A DNA stretch of 64,000 nucleotides. Origin: Candidatus Omnitrophota bacterium (GTDB lineage: Bacteria; Omnitrophota; Gorgyraeia; Zapsychrales; JANLHA01). The notes below the pieces were generated by a model. The model saw only the letters and a program-made list of their open reading frames with translations, made no database searches and was not told where the DNA came from. Below, piece by piece: positions 1-10,910 of this stretch (position 1 is its first letter; each line of letters starts with the position of its first letter). Position numbers and translations under genes: made by a program. The stretch is from assembly GCA_022711395.1 (NCBI GenBank), contig JAKLFA010000003.1, positions 290,509-354,508 on the forward strand, in the 5' to 3' direction.

Positions 1-44
1 TTATTCAGGCGCACGCGCACGACGTGAAGGAACTGGACGTTTAG
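1..44 (+). CDS. possible 3' end of an upstream gene (frame reads ...IQAHAHDVKELDV*), partial; a gyrB-like C-terminus is plausible
   Basis: Open frame from the window edge to TAG at 42-44, immediately upstream of gyrA. The gyrB-gyrA order is common, but the fragment is too short to verify. Confidence 0.25.
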   Translation, partial: IQAHAHDVKELDV

Positions 45-71
45 GTTTTTTAACGAAAGGCTTATAAGTAG

Positions 72-2516
72 ATGAACAGTTTAGCGATCAAAGAAAAAGT
101 GGTCCCTGTTTTTATAGAGGAGGAGATGAAGCGCTCATATATGGCGTATTCGATGAGCGTTATCGTCGGCCGGGCGCTGCCGGACGTGCGAGACGGGTTA
201 AAGCCGGTCCATCGCAGGATTCTGTTCGCGATGAACGACCTGAACTTGGACCACAACAAGGCGTATAAAAAAAGCGCCCGTATCGTTGGTGAGGTTTTGG
301 GTAAATATCATCCTCACGGGGACACGGCCGTGTATGACACTATGGTCCGCATGGTGCAGGAGTTTTCTCTTCGGTATCCTTTGGTTGATGGACAGGGAAA
401 CTTTGGTTCCATTGACGGGGACTCTGCCGCAGCGATGCGTTACACCGAAGCGAGGCTTTCTGCCGTCTCGTCGCAGATGTTGATGGACATTGAAAAAAAC
501 ACGGTGGATTTTCTTCCGAATTTCGATGCCACGCTGCAGGAGCCCCAGCTTCTTCCCGCGGTTCTTCCTAATTTGTTGGTTAACGGGTCCAGCGGGATCG
601 CCGTCGGAATGGCAACCAATATGGCGCCGCACAACCTTCATGAGATCTGCGACGGGATCGTGCATTTGTTGGGCAATCCGGAGGCAACCATCAAGGACTT
701 GATGAAGTTCGTGAAAGGGCCGGATTTTCCTACAGGCGGGATCATTTGCGGCCGGGACGGCATTAAGGACGCATATTCAACAGGTCGTGGAAAGGTCGTT
801 TTGAGGGCGAAGGCCGCGATCGAACGGCAAAAGGGCAATAAAGACACGATCGTGATAACAGAGATACCCTATCAGGTCAACAAGGCGAACCTGATCACCA
901 GCATCGCGGATCTTGTTCAGAACAAATCCGTGGACGGCATTACGGATATCCGGGATGAATCGGACAAAGACGGGATTCGGATCGTTATTGAGTTGAGGAG
1001 AGACGTCGAGCCGCAGATCGTTCTCAATTATCTTTATAAACACACGCAGCTTGAAACGACATTCGGGATCATTAACCTTGCCCTGGTCCACAATACTCCG
1101 CGCGTTCTTAATTTGCGCCAGCTCATGGCGGAATATATTGTTCATCGCCGGGAAGTGATCCGTAGGAGAACACAGTTTGATCTGGACCGGGCTTTGAAGA
1201 GGGCGCACATTTTAGAAGGTCTTCGGATCGCGATCGATGCGATCGACGAGATCATTCAGACGATCCGTAAATCAAAGACGACGCCCGAAGCCAAGCTGAG
1301 CTTGATGAAAAAATTCAAGCTTTCGGATCTGCAGGCCCAGGCGATTTTGGAAATGCAGCTGCAGCGCCTGACGGCCCTGGAGCGTTCCAAGATCGAAGAA
1401 GAATATAAAGCCCTTCAGGAGGATATTAAACATTATCGAGCGATCCTGGCTTCTGAAAAAATGGTCGATGACATCATTAAAGAAGAGTTGGCCATGCTCA
1501 AAGAGAAATACGGAGACGATCGCCGGACGGAGATCGCCGCGACGGCGGAGGAGATCGAGGTCGAGGACCTGATCGCCGAAGAGGACATGGCTATAACGAT
1601 CAGCAACACCGGATACATTAAGAGGATCGCTGTAAGCGCCTACCGCAAACAGAAGCGCGGCGGAAAAGGCGTGAATGCCATGAAAACAAAGGAAGAGGAC
1701 TTTGTAAAACATCTTTTTGTGGCCTCTTCCAAGGACTTTCTTTTGATCTTCACGAATTTGGGAAATGTCCATTGGCTCAAAGTCTATGAGATCCCCATCG
1801 CGTCCCGAACCTCTCGAGGGAAGGCCATCGTGAACCTGTTGAGCTTGAGCAAAGACGAGGGCATCACCTCGATCGTTTCTGTCAAGGAGTTCAGTGAAGA
1901 CCAGTTCGTGGTTATGGCGACGGCCCAGGGCACGGTCAAGAAGACCCAGCTTTCAGCGTTCAGCAATCCGCGCAAAGGCGGGATCATTGGGGTCACGCTT
2001 GAGAAGAACGACTTTTTGATCGGAACCGCCGTCAGCAACGGTAAAAATGAGATCCTTTTGGCCACGCGTCAGGGCAAGTCTTTGCGTTTTTCAGAAAAGA
2101 ATATCCGGGAAATGGGCCGGGCGGCGAAGGGCGTTCGCGGCATCAAGCTGGGAAAGGATGATGTGGTGGTCGGGATGCAGGTCTTTCCGGCTGATATTGA
2201 TAAGACCGGAAGCACCCTTTTAACGGTCACCAGCCAGGGCTTTTCCAAGAGGTCCGCATTTGATGATTACCGCATACAATCTCGCGGAGGGAAGGGCATT
2301 ATCAATCTTAAGGCGACCGAAAAGAATGGTGTGGTTGTCGGTATTTTGACGGTCATGGACGATGACGAGGTTATGGTCATCACCCAGGAAGGAATGGTTG
2401 TCCGCTGTCCGGTCAAAGACATTCGAAAGTCAGGCAGAAGCACACAGGGCGTTCGGTTGATTTCTTTGAATGGAAGCGATAAAGTGACCTCGGTTGCCAA
2501 TGCGGTTAGCAGCTGA
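72..2516 (+). CDS. gyrA: DNA gyrase subunit A
   Basis: 814-aa ORF. It has the canonical GyrA N-terminus ([27 protein letters not shown]), the active-site region ([10 protein letters not shown]) and a C-terminal beta-pinwheel repeat region. Confidence 0.95.
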   Translation: MNSLAIKEKVVPVFIEEEMKRSYMAYSMSVIVGRALPDVRDGLKPVHRRILFAMNDLNLDHNKAYKKSARIVGEVLGKYHPHGDTAVYDTMVRMVQEFSLRYPLVDGQGNFGSIDGDSAAAMRYTEARLSAVSSQMLMDIEKNTVDFLPNFDATLQEPQLLPAVLPNLLVNGSSGIAVGMATNMAPHNLHEICDGIVHLLGNPEATIKDLMKFVKGPDFPTGGIICGRDGIKDAYSTGRGKVVLRAKAAIERQKGNKDTIVITEIPYQVNKANLITSIADLVQNKSVDGITDIRDESDKDGIRIVIELRRDVEPQIVLNYLYKHTQLETTFGIINLALVHNTPRVLNLRQLMAEYIVHRREVIRRRTQFDLDRALKRAHILEGLRIAIDAIDEIIQTIRKSKTTPEAKLSLMKKFKLSDLQAQAILEMQLQRLTALERSKIEEEYKALQEDIKHYRAILASEKMVDDIIKEELAMLKEKYGDDRRTEIAATAEEIEVEDLIAEEDMAITISNTGYIKRIAVSAYRKQKRGGKGVNAMKTKEEDFVKHLFVASSKDFLLIFTNLGNVHWLKVYEIPIASRTSRGKAIVNLLSLSKDEGITSIVSVKEFSEDQFVVMATAQGTVKKTQLSAFSNPRKGGIIGVTLEKNDFLIGTAVSNGKNEILLATRQGKSLRFSEKNIREMGRAAKGVRGIKLGKDDVVVGMQVFPADIDKTGSTLLTVTSQGFSKRSAFDDYRIQSRGGKGIINLKATEKNGVVVGILTVMDDDEVMVITQEGMVVRCPVKDIRKSGRSTQGVRLISLNGSDKVTSVANAVSS

Positions 2517-2613
2517 TCCGGGGGCTTAAAAAAAACTTGACCTCTCGGGAAGGGTGTATATAATATCACAATCTTAAGACGCCGCTATCGTGCGGATCGG
2601 GAGAGCATATAAA

Positions 2614-2687
2614 GACCCCATCGTCTAGCCTGGTCAGGACACAAGCTTTTCAAGCTTGCAGCGCGGGTTCAAATCCCGCTGGGGTCG
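2614..2687 (+). tRNA. tRNA-Glu (anticodon TTC)
   Basis: Cloverleaf readable by eye. The 7-bp acceptor stem is gacccca/tggggtc. The anticodon stem is caagc/gcttg with loop ttTTCaa. The T-arm is gcggg-ttcaaat-cccgc. No CCA is encoded. Confidence 0.85.
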
Positions 2688-2696
2688 TTGATTTTT

Positions 2697-2728
2697 AAAA
2701 AAGCAGCCGAAAAGGCTGCTTTTTTGTT
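2697..2728 (+). terminator. rho-independent terminator after tRNA-Glu
   Basis: The hairpin is gcagcc-gaaaa-ggctgc, followed by TTTTTTGTT. Confidence 0.7.
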
Positions 2729-2836
2729 CCTTAAAACAGCGCATTTTCAGAAAATTTTTAAGAAAAAGGGACAAAACAGCAAAAAAGGTATATAATTTTA
2801 CACAGTTTATTCACTGGGTGTGGAAAAAGGCGAAAA

Positions 2837-3622
2837 ATGAAAACGGCCATTATACAAATGAATTCGGGGCTGGACAAGAAAAGCAATATTCGTAGGGCCA
2901 AGCAACTTGTCCTTAGGGCCTGCCGGAACGGAGCAGGCCTAATCGTTCTCCCTGAAGTTTTTACCTACCGGGGGCCGCTGGGGCTGAAAAACCAAAAAGA
3001 ACAAATTGCTGACACAATGAGCGGGCCTTTGATCAAAGAATTTTCCACTATCGCCAGAGAGAAGAGCGCGTGTATAGTTCCGGGCTCGTTTTATGAACCG
3101 GGCAGGGACAAGAAAAGATTTTATAATACGATGGTTGTGATATCGGCAACGGGAGAAATTGCCGCTGTTTACAGAAAAAAGCATTTATTCAAAGCTTGTT
3201 TAAGAACGTCAGCCGTGAATGAGGACCGTCATTTTATTGCAGGAAAAAAAGCGGCGACCGCAAAGCTCGGCCCTTTTCGATTGGGTTGTGCGATCTGCTA
3301 TGATCTTCGTTTTCCAGACATGTTCCAGGAGTATTATAAAAAAGGCTGCAATGTTTTGGTCGTTCCGTCGGCATTTACACATGAAACCGGGAAAGCGCAT
3401 TGGGAGACTTTGTTGCGCGCCCGCGCGATCGAAACGCGAAGTTATGTGTTGGCGCCAGATCAATATGGAAATGGCGGCAATGGTGTCATGGCGCATGGAA
3501 ACAGCATGATCATCGACCCGTGGGGGACGGTTTTGGCAAGAGCGAAGACGGCTGGAACGGAAATCTTGTATGCTGAGTTGGCACTTGAGGAAATACAAAA
3601 AGCGCGCCAAAGACTGCCGTAA
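2837..3622 (+). CDS. carbon-nitrogen hydrolase family protein (nitrilase/amidase superfamily)
   Basis: 261 aa. The E-K-C catalytic triad is in its expected context: [26 protein letters not shown]. Confidence 0.8.
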   Translation: MKTAIIQMNSGLDKKSNIRRAKQLVLRACRNGAGLIVLPEVFTYRGPLGLKNQKEQIADTMSGPLIKEFSTIAREKSACIVPGSFYEPGRDKKRFYNTMVVISATGEIAAVYRKKHLFKACLRTSAVNEDRHFIAGKKAATAKLGPFRLGCAICYDLRFPDMFQEYYKKGCNVLVVPSAFTHETGKAHWETLLRARAIETRSYVLAPDQYGNGGNGVMAHGNSMIIDPWGTVLARAKTAGTEILYAELALEEIQKARQRLP

Positions 3623-3639
3623 TTTTTAAGGAGAGGGTT

Positions 3640-4623
3640 ATGAGTGAAAAAATCAAAGTTGTTGTGACCGGAGCCGCCGGTCAGATCGGGTATTCGCTGA
3701 TCTTTCGGTTGGCATCAGGAGAAGTTTTTGGGCGTGAAACACGGGTTGACTTAAGCCTTTTGGAGGTGGAAGCGGCGATTCCTTCGGCCAAGGGCGTTGT
3801 CATGGAGCTTGAGGACTGCGCATTTTCCAGTTTAAATAAAGTTTCGTTGTCGGCCGATCCTTACGAAGCGTTTAAGGACGCGGATTGGGCGCTTTTGGTG
3901 GGGAGTTTTCCCCGCAAGGCCGGTATGGAACGGGGAGAACTTTTAACGATCAACGGAAAAATTTTTATTGAACAGGGAAAGGCTTTAGACGAGCAGGCCA
4001 AGGAGACCTGTAAGGTCTTGGTCGTCGGAAATCCTTGTAATACAAACGCTTATATTGCTAAAGAAACCTGTCGTCGCATTTCATCACGCAATTTTTTTGC
4101 CATGACCATGCTGGACCAATACAGGGCCCAATCCCAGTTGGCCTTAAAGGCCGGGGTTGCGGTCTCGGAAGTTAAGAATGTGGCGGTTTGGGGCAATCAT
4201 TCCGCGACACAGTTTCCTGATTTTTATCATGCCACGATTTCTGGACGGCCCGCTTGCGAAGTGATCAGGGACGAACAGTGGCTGAAAACCGAATTTTTGG
4301 AAACGGTCCAAAAAAGAGGCGCAGCCGTGATTCAGACCCGGGGGAAATCATCTGCCGCTTCAGCAGCCAACGCGGTCGTAGGGACGATTCAGGGCCTGAA
4401 TAACCCCACCCCCAAAGGAGAATGGTTTTCGGTCGCGGTAGAATCGGACGGGAGCTATGGAGTTGAACCCGGAATCATCTTCGGATTCCCGGTTGTTTAT
4501 GACGGACACAAATGGACGATCGTTCAGGGCATTGAACATGATGAATTTGCGCGCGAAAAATTAAAGAAGACGCTGCAGGAGCTTCGACAAGAGCGCGAAG
4601 AAGTGCGGAAGCTTTTAAAATAA
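3640..4623 (+). CDS. mdh: malate dehydrogenase (LDH/MDH family, cytoplasmic type)
   Basis: 327 aa. It has the N-terminal Rossmann motif [15 protein letters not shown], plus [11 protein letters not shown] and [12 protein letters not shown] good SD (aaggagagg) precedes the ATG. Confidence 0.85.
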   Translation: MSEKIKVVVTGAAGQIGYSLIFRLASGEVFGRETRVDLSLLEVEAAIPSAKGVVMELEDCAFSSLNKVSLSADPYEAFKDADWALLVGSFPRKAGMERGELLTINGKIFIEQGKALDEQAKETCKVLVVGNPCNTNAYIAKETCRRISSRNFFAMTMLDQYRAQSQLALKAGVAVSEVKNVAVWGNHSATQFPDFYHATISGRPACEVIRDEQWLKTEFLETVQKRGAAVIQTRGKSSAASAANAVVGTIQGLNNPTPKGEWFSVAVESDGSYGVEPGIIFGFPVVYDGHKWTIVQGIEHDEFAREKLKKTLQELRQEREEVRKLLK

Positions 4624-4734
4624 AGACCATATTGAAAAACTTGTTTCGATTGAACGGAAAAAATTGATTTTTCCCTGTAATCATTCTTGCTTCTCATGTA
4701 TACTTAAATTTGTAAATTACATAAGGAGGAGAGA

Positions 4735-5715
4735 GTGCGCATCGATAGCAAGCGAATCGGCTTTTATGTTTTGTTTTTATGTGTTGTTTCTGTTCTAGGA
4801 TGTGATCAGGTCCAGAAATTCACCCAACGAATATCCCCCAAAAAAGAAAAGCAAGGCCAGCTTCAAATACAGCAGCAAGCAGCGACGGGCCCTGTTTCGA
4901 ACTCAGCAGTACAGCAGCCGCAGTCCATGGAAAACGTCGTGGTCCGCGTTGGAAATTGGGCGTTAACAAAAACCGACTATGATAAACGAGTGGCTGCGCT
5001 CCAAGAAATGATCCCCGATTTTGATCCGCAAAACAAACAGCAGGTCCGTTTTATTATTGAAGAACTCCTCCAACAGCAACTTTTTGTCCAGGACGCATTG
5101 CGAAGAGGGTTAGACAAAGATGAGGATATGGAGATTGCCGTGCAAGAGTTTCGGAATTCTTTGCTGGCACAAAAATTGGCGGCAGACCTTTTGAAAGACC
5201 TGGCGGTTTCCGAGGAGGAAATAAAGGCCGCGTATGAACAGTATAAAGAAAATTTTACGGTTCCGTTTCAATGGAAGGTGCGGGAGATCGTCGTGAAGAA
5301 TGAAGCGGAGGCGCAGGATATCGTTGTTCAGTTAAACCAGGGATCCGCTTTCGAGGATTTAGCGCAGAAAAGGTCCATTTCTTCTAGCGCATCGAAGGGC
5401 GGCGACCTGGGGATCATGATGGTCGAAAATTTTGAATTTGAAAAGATGGCTCAGACCGTTTTTATTTTGGAGCCCGGGCAGGTCAGCAACTATTTTAAAG
5501 GCCCCTTAGGGTATTATATCGTGAAAGTGGAATCCAGGACGGGCGGAGAAAGCCAGTCATATGATGATGTGAAGGCGATGATCGAACAGGAGCTTTTGAT
5601 GCAAAAGCAGCAGAACGCTGTTTTGGAGCATCTCGATAAGTTGCGGAGCGAGATCCCGAATCAGATCAACGAACAGCTTTTGGGGTTGAGCCCGGAAGTC
5701 AATACGCAGAAATAA
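4735..5715 (+). CDS. parvulin-type peptidyl-prolyl cis-trans isomerase lipoprotein (SurA/PrsA/PpiC-like)
   Basis: GTG start with SD aaggagga. Lipoprotein signal with lipobox VLGC. The PpiC domain reads ...FQWKVREIVV...GGDLGIM...GYYIVKV. Confidence 0.7.
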   Translation: MRIDSKRIGFYVLFLCVVSVLGCDQVQKFTQRISPKKEKQGQLQIQQQAATGPVSNSAVQQPQSMENVVVRVGNWALTKTDYDKRVAALQEMIPDFDPQNKQQVRFIIEELLQQQLFVQDALRRGLDKDEDMEIAVQEFRNSLLAQKLAADLLKDLAVSEEEIKAAYEQYKENFTVPFQWKVREIVVKNEAEAQDIVVQLNQGSAFEDLAQKRSISSSASKGGDLGIMMVENFEFEKMAQTVFILEPGQVSNYFKGPLGYYIVKVESRTGGESQSYDDVKAMIEQELLMQKQQNAVLEHLDKLRSEIPNQINEQLLGLSPEVNTQK

Positions 5716-5762
5716 AAAGCATGCAGGCGAAGACTTAAAATTTAATTTATAGGAGATCCGTT

Positions 5763-6605
5763 ATGAATTTAGAAAACAAAAAACAGATCGCTATTATTTT
5801 GTTGGCTGTTGGTCTGGGCCTGGTGGCGTCGGTCTTGACGGCGCAGTTCGTTGATACGAAGATCGCCGAGCAACGGAAAGCGTTGAGCGAAGAGATCACT
5901 CAGACAAAAGTGGGGCCGCTGGTCCGCCAGATCCAGGAGCTTGAAAAGCAAATGGTCGATATGGCGGAAGAGCAAAAAAGGCTCGCTGCTATACGGGTCG
6001 CACAACCGGCTCCGACGGCTGAAGGCGGGGCGCCTGTCGAAGGAGCCTTGATCGCGGAAAAGGCGGTCAGCAAATCCACATTGGCGCTGATGACGCCTTC
6101 CGGAAAGCGCGCGTTCACGGTCATGATCGACTCGTTATCAGCGGTCGGAGGCATGATCAGCCCGGGAGATTTTGTTGATATCATTGTTGATGTCAAAATG
6201 CCAGACCCGACTGAAGGCGGAACAAAGGATGTTTCGTCGATCATTTTTCAGAACATACAGGTTTTAGCGGTAGATACGAACCTCAAAGCGTCTGGTCAAT
6301 ACGAACAGCAATCAAAAGCAAGGTCTTTGAACTTGACCTTTGCGCTCACGCCGGAGGAGGCGGGGCTGATGTCCTTTTTGCAAAAACATGGACAGATGCA
6401 GCTTTTATTGAGAGCTCCGGCGGAAGACGAGATCGAGCTTGTTGAAGTTGCTTCATGGAGGTCCTTGGCGGACTATGTGGCCGAAAAGCAAGGGACAGAG
6501 CTCGTGATCCCAAGGACAAAAGCGATCATTGAGCCGATCTCGACAAAGACGACAGAGGAAGTGAAGCCGTTTATTGAGATTTTTGAAGGCGGCCGGGCAA
6601 AGTAA
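5763..6605 (+). CDS. cpaB: Flp pilus assembly protein CpaB/RcpC-like
   Basis: 280 aa. One N-terminal TM helix and an SAF/CpaB-like core (GKRAFTVMIDSLSAVGGMISPGDFVDIIVDV). The gene sits first in the tad cluster. Confidence 0.65.
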   Translation: MNLENKKQIAIILLAVGLGLVASVLTAQFVDTKIAEQRKALSEEITQTKVGPLVRQIQELEKQMVDMAEEQKRLAAIRVAQPAPTAEGGAPVEGALIAEKAVSKSTLALMTPSGKRAFTVMIDSLSAVGGMISPGDFVDIIVDVKMPDPTEGGTKDVSSIIFQNIQVLAVDTNLKASGQYEQQSKARSLNLTFALTPEEAGLMSFLQKHGQMQLLLRAPAEDEIELVEVASWRSLADYVAEKQGTELVIPRTKAIIEPISTKTTEEVKPFIEIFEGGRAK

Positions 6606-6636
6606 AATTTTATGAGCATCTCAACAGGAGAAATGT

Positions 6637-8352
6637 ATGAGCCATACTCAAGTCTTTAAAAAACTGAGCTGTGTCCTGTTAAGCGCATGGCTGGCGATCG
6701 TCTGGTCGCTTCCTCCTTGCCAGGCGCAGGGATCGATCAATGAGGACATTGTTGACACCCGTGAGACCGACGAGATGTTTTTGTATCTCGGAGACCTGGG
6801 GACGCTGCGGGTCTATAATCTTACAAGGCTTGCCGTAAGCAACCCGGGGATCGTTGAGATCGTTAACACGGATGTGAACCAGATCCTTCTTGTCGGAAAA
6901 CAGGCTGGCGAAACACAGTTTTTCCTTTGGGACGAGTATGGCAAGCGGACGGTCATTATCCGGGTCCTTGAAAGGGATCTGGAGCTTATAAGACGGCGGA
7001 TTACGAAGCTTTTGGAGGCGGCCGAGATCGACGGGGTGATTTTGGATTATAATCCGCTGGAAGGGAAGATCCTTGCCCGCGGAAAAATGAACAAAACGGA
7101 AAAAGAGGAATTTGACAAGGTCGTTGAATCTTTTGGCGATTATTTGATCAACATGGTCCAGGAACAAAGCGATCTGATACAGATTGATTCACAGATCACG
7201 GAACTTAATAAGACGCTCAACGAGATTTTAGGGGTGAGCTGGAGCCAGTCTTTTAATGTTGAAGAAACGCTTCCTGGCTTTGACGGAAAAATTTATGATA
7301 CGTTCAGGATCGGGGACTTCGCCAGAACAACCAAGATTTTGGCGACAGTTAACGCCTTACTCACAACTTCGCAAGCCCGGAACCTGTCCCGTCCCAGCGT
7401 CACAGTTGCCGATGGAGAAGAGGCCAGCATTTTGGTTGGTGGCGAGGTTCCAATTACGTCAACGGTCGTGGGGGACGGGGGACAAACGGAAAGCGTTCAA
7501 TACAAGAGCTACGGCGTGGAGATGTCCGTTACGCCCAAGATCCAAGATGATAACAAGATCGAGATCACGCTTAGTGTTTCGGTGCGGGATGTTGATAGCG
7601 GGACGGGAAACACAACATCGTTTGCAACAACAACAGCGGACACCAAGGTCCTTTTAGATGACGGCCAAACGATCGTGATCGCCGGCTTGATAAAACAAAA
7701 CGAGCTGTCCACTGAAAAGAAGGTCCCGTTTTTGCATAAAATACCGATCCTCGGGCTGTTTTTCAGGAATCGCGATTACAACAAAACCACGGACAAAGAA
7801 CTTGTGATCTCTTTAACTCCGCGTATTTTGAGACAGAAGAACAAGGAAAAATATGTTAAGTCGGAGAAACGGCCGGCTGAGGAGATCAAGGCTGCGGCTC
7901 CGTCTTCTGGTGAAGAGCAGCCCGCAGATGTTTTAAATGAAGAGACGGATGTGGCAGCGGGATCCGAGATGGAGTTTTCAAATGAAACGGTAGATCTGGA
8001 GGCCATGCCGCAGATCTTATCCGAGGATGTTGAAGAAGATGATGCCGACCTTGTAGCGGAATACGCCCGCAAGGTCCAGAACAAGATCGCCAGTAAGATC
8101 ACGTTTCCTTATGAGGCGATCGAACAGGGATGGGAAGGCACCGTGATCTTGTCGATCGTTGTTTTGAGCGACGGGACCCTGAATAAAGCAGATGTTCAAG
8201 AATCTTCGGGGCGCGCGATTTTCGACAAAGACGCCGTGAATACCGCAGAGATCGTTTCTCCATTTGATCCGTTTCCTGTGGATTTAGAGATGGAAGAAAT
8301 TGAGATTTCCATACCGGTGATCTACAGTCAACAGCTGACAAGTAAAGAATAA
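6637..8352 (+). CDS. cpaC: Tad secretin (CpaC/RcpA family) with C-terminal TonB-C-like domain
   Basis: 571 aa. Signal peptide. A pilus-secretin N-domain (LRVYNLTRLAVSNPGIVEIVN...) and a secretin core (VADGEEASILVGGEVPITS...VLLDDGQTIVIAGLIKQ...KVPFLHKIPILGLFF). The C-terminal ~90 aa resemble TonB C-terminus (YEAIEQGWEGTVILSIVVLSDGTLNKADVQESSG...). Confidence 0.75.
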   Translation: MSHTQVFKKLSCVLLSAWLAIVWSLPPCQAQGSINEDIVDTRETDEMFLYLGDLGTLRVYNLTRLAVSNPGIVEIVNTDVNQILLVGKQAGETQFFLWDEYGKRTVIIRVLERDLELIRRRITKLLEAAEIDGVILDYNPLEGKILARGKMNKTEKEEFDKVVESFGDYLINMVQEQSDLIQIDSQITELNKTLNEILGVSWSQSFNVEETLPGFDGKIYDTFRIGDFARTTKILATVNALLTTSQARNLSRPSVTVADGEEASILVGGEVPITSTVVGDGGQTESVQYKSYGVEMSVTPKIQDDNKIEITLSVSVRDVDSGTGNTTSFATTTADTKVLLDDGQTIVIAGLIKQNELSTEKKVPFLHKIPILGLFFRNRDYNKTTDKELVISLTPRILRQKNKEKYVKSEKRPAEEIKAAAPSSGEEQPADVLNEETDVAAGSEMEFSNETVDLEAMPQILSEDVEEDDADLVAEYARKVQNKIASKITFPYEAIEQGWEGTVILSIVVLSDGTLNKADVQESSGRAIFDKDAVNTAEIVSPFDPFPVDLEMEEIEISIPVIYSQQLTSKE

Positions 8353-8393
8353 AGCTTCTTGCGCTAATAAAAGCAACCATAAAAAGGTAGAGT

Positions 8394-10556
8394 ATGAGCG
8401 CGCGTATTATCACGATTTTCAGCAATAAGGGTGGGGTTGGAAAAACATTTACAACGGTCAACCTTGCGACGACGCTTGCCATGTCCGGAAAAAGGACCCT
8501 GTTGATGGACATGGATTTTCAGGCAGGGCATGATATGGCGCGCATGATGAACATGGTGCCGAAGTTTGCCTTGGTCAACCTGCTTTCTCAGATCGAGAGC
8601 GAAGAGAATTCTGAGATCATTAAGAAGTTCGTTATTTCGCATTCCAGCGGGCTGGATTTTTTGCCGGCCGTGATCCACGCAAAACAGATCGGACACATCT
8701 CGGCGGAGAATATCAAACCGTTCTTTAAACGCGCCGCGGAAATTTATGAGTATATTATTATCGATGCCGGAAAGGCGTTCAGCGAAACGATGCTGACCGT
8801 TCTGGACCATTCTAACCTTATTCTTTTGGTCGCCACGCCGGATGTTCTGGCTGTTTATCAATTGAAATGGTGCATCGATATGTTGCAAAGCCTGCATTTT
8901 CCTTTGAAGATGGTCAAGATTGTGCTCAATCGCGCGGAAAGCCATGGAGGGGTTGCGTGGCAAGAGGTTCGTGCGGCGTTGAATTGTGACATTTTCGGGC
9001 GCATTCCTTCTGATGGGCGGGCCGTGGGGATGGCCTTGAACCGGGGGGTGCCGTGTGTTATTGACAGCCCTAAGAGCAAGGTTGTGGAAGCTTTCAAACA
9101 GATGGCCAATGAGCTGAAGAACAGTAAGCTCTATATTGAAGCGGATACGCAGAAAAAAGTCCGGGAAAAGATGCAGTGGTCTTCTGGCCAGGATGATTTT
9201 TGGCAGAAGTTCGGGATCTCTCAGCAGCGCTCAAACATGTCGACGGCGTTTTCGAAGGAAGAGGACGAAGTCGTCGCGCTTAAGAAAAAGATCCACGAAA
9301 AGCTGGTTGCTCGTTTGAATGTTCAGGACCTGACCCCGGAAACGCTGAGCGATCCTAAAAGGGCGCTGGAGCTTAAAGAGACCGCAAGAAAAATCATCGG
9401 GGACCTGCTGATCGAAGAAAAGGGGGCCCTGATCGCGTCTCATGAAGAACGGGCCCGCATTGTCAAAGAGATCGTTGATGAAGCGCTTGGCCTGGGGCCG
9501 CTGGAAGAATTTTTAGCAGACCCGGACGTTACGGATATTATGGTCAACAGCCGGGATGAGGTGTATATTGAGAAACACGGGAAGCTTCTTTTGACAAACA
9601 GAAAGTTCATGTCGGAACAGCAGATGAGGGCGATCATTGACCGTATTGTTGCCCCGCTTGGCCGGCGTATTGATGAGTCCGTTCCTATGGTTGATGCCCG
9701 GCTTCCCGACGGGTCTCGTTTTAACGCGATCATTCCTCCGTTGTCTTTGAACGGCCCGATGATCACGATCCGTAAATTCGGGGTTGAGCGCCTTTCGCTG
9801 GAGGAGCTTCTCAAGAAATATGAAAGTTTCTCGAAGCCCATGCGCGATTTTTTGGAAGCCTGTGTTATTTCTCGGCGGAACATTATTGTCTCCGGAGGGA
9901 CGGGCGCCGGGAAGACCACCCTTTTGAACGTTATTTCTGAGTTCATTCCGGACACTGACCGCATTATTACGATCGAGGACGCCGCTGAGTTGAGATTAAA
10001 GCAACGGCACTGGGGGCGTCTGGAATCCCGCCCCAGCAACGTTGAAGGCAAGGGGGCTGTTACGATCCGGGACCTGTTTATCAATTCGCTTCGTATGCGG
10101 CCAGATCGGATCGTTATCGGGGAGTGCCGCGGGCCGGAAGTTTTGGATATGCTCCAGGCCATGAACACCGGCCATGATGGATCTATGACAACGCTTCACG
10201 CTAACTCGACGCGGGATGTGGTTGTCCGCATGAGCTCCATGATCCTTTTAAGCGGGATCGAACTGCCCGTGCGCGCGATCTATGAAATGATCTCTTCTGC
10301 GATCGACGTAATCGTCCACATCGCCCGTTTTTCAGACGGGTCTCGTAAGGTCACGGGTATATCGGAAGTGGCTGGGCTTGAAAAAGACTTTCAGCTTGAT
10401 CTGCGGGATATTTTTACTTTTGAGCAAAAGGGGATGACCTCGGAGGGAATTATCCAGGGAGAGTTCTCGCCGACGGGTTATGTGCCAAAATGTTATGAAG
10501 ACATGAAGCGTATGGGCATCCATTTGGATGAGAGCATCTTCGCTCGCAAAAAATAA
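8394..10556 (+). CDS. tadZ-tadA: fused TadZ/CpaE-like ParA ATPase + TadA/CpaF secretion ATPase
   Basis: 720-aa continuous ORF. The N-terminus carries a deviant Walker A of the MinD/ParA type (NKGGVGKTFTTVNLA). The C-terminal half is VirB11/CpaF-like, with Walker A GGTGAGKTTLLN and the motifs ECRGPEVLDMLQAMNTGHDGSMTTLHANS. Confidence 0.85.
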   Translation: MSARIITIFSNKGGVGKTFTTVNLATTLAMSGKRTLLMDMDFQAGHDMARMMNMVPKFALVNLLSQIESEENSEIIKKFVISHSSGLDFLPAVIHAKQIGHISAENIKPFFKRAAEIYEYIIIDAGKAFSETMLTVLDHSNLILLVATPDVLAVYQLKWCIDMLQSLHFPLKMVKIVLNRAESHGGVAWQEVRAALNCDIFGRIPSDGRAVGMALNRGVPCVIDSPKSKVVEAFKQMANELKNSKLYIEADTQKKVREKMQWSSGQDDFWQKFGISQQRSNMSTAFSKEEDEVVALKKKIHEKLVARLNVQDLTPETLSDPKRALELKETARKIIGDLLIEEKGALIASHEERARIVKEIVDEALGLGPLEEFLADPDVTDIMVNSRDEVYIEKHGKLLLTNRKFMSEQQMRAIIDRIVAPLGRRIDESVPMVDARLPDGSRFNAIIPPLSLNGPMITIRKFGVERLSLEELLKKYESFSKPMRDFLEACVISRRNIIVSGGTGAGKTTLLNVISEFIPDTDRIITIEDAAELRLKQRHWGRLESRPSNVEGKGAVTIRDLFINSLRMRPDRIVIGECRGPEVLDMLQAMNTGHDGSMTTLHANSTRDVVVRMSSMILLSGIELPVRAIYEMISSAIDVIVHIARFSDGSRKVTGISEVAGLEKDFQLDLRDIFTFEQKGMTSEGIIQGEFSPTGYVPKCYEDMKRMGIHLDESIFARKK

Positions 10557-10562
10557 TCTTTC

Positions 10563-10910
10563 GTGAAAATCTTAAATACCACCAAAAGCACGGTTCTTGT
10601 TTTAAAAGCGGAAAAAGCCGACACTCCATTTTCTCGCATCAGGGGGCTTCTTGGGCGGGCGTCTATCGCCCAGGACGAGGGGTTGATCATTACGGATTGC
10701 AGAAGTATCCACATGATGTTCATGAAGTTCGCCATTGATGTGGTATTCGTGGACCGCCATCACACGGTGATCGGGGTGGTCAAAAACATCAGACCATTTC
10801 GCATGAGCCCTTATTTTTTAAGGGCGTCTTATGTTGTGGAGATGGCGCCCGGCCGGATCACAGAAAGCCGGACAGAAATCGGTGATCAGCTTAGGATCGA
10901 AGGCTCCTGA
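10563..10910 (+). CDS. DUF192 family protein
   Basis: 115 aa. DUF192-like pattern (RIRGLLGR...IHMMFMKFAIDVVFVD...SYVVEMAPG). GTG start without SD, so the start is uncertain. Confidence 0.55.
   Translation: MKILNTTKSTVLVLKAEKADTPFSRIRGLLGRASIAQDEGLIITDCRSIHMMFMKFAIDVVFVDRHHTVIGVVKNIRPFRMSPYFLRASYVVEMAPGRITESRTEIGDQLRIEGS

Noticed and set aside
9440-10168. 242-aa - strand ORF, with 8364-8963 (-), 6679-7167 (-), 198-665 (-), 777-1208 (-) and 1272-1772 (-)
   Set aside because: These lie antisense within the well-supported cpaE/F, secretin and gyrA genes. They are shadow ORFs.
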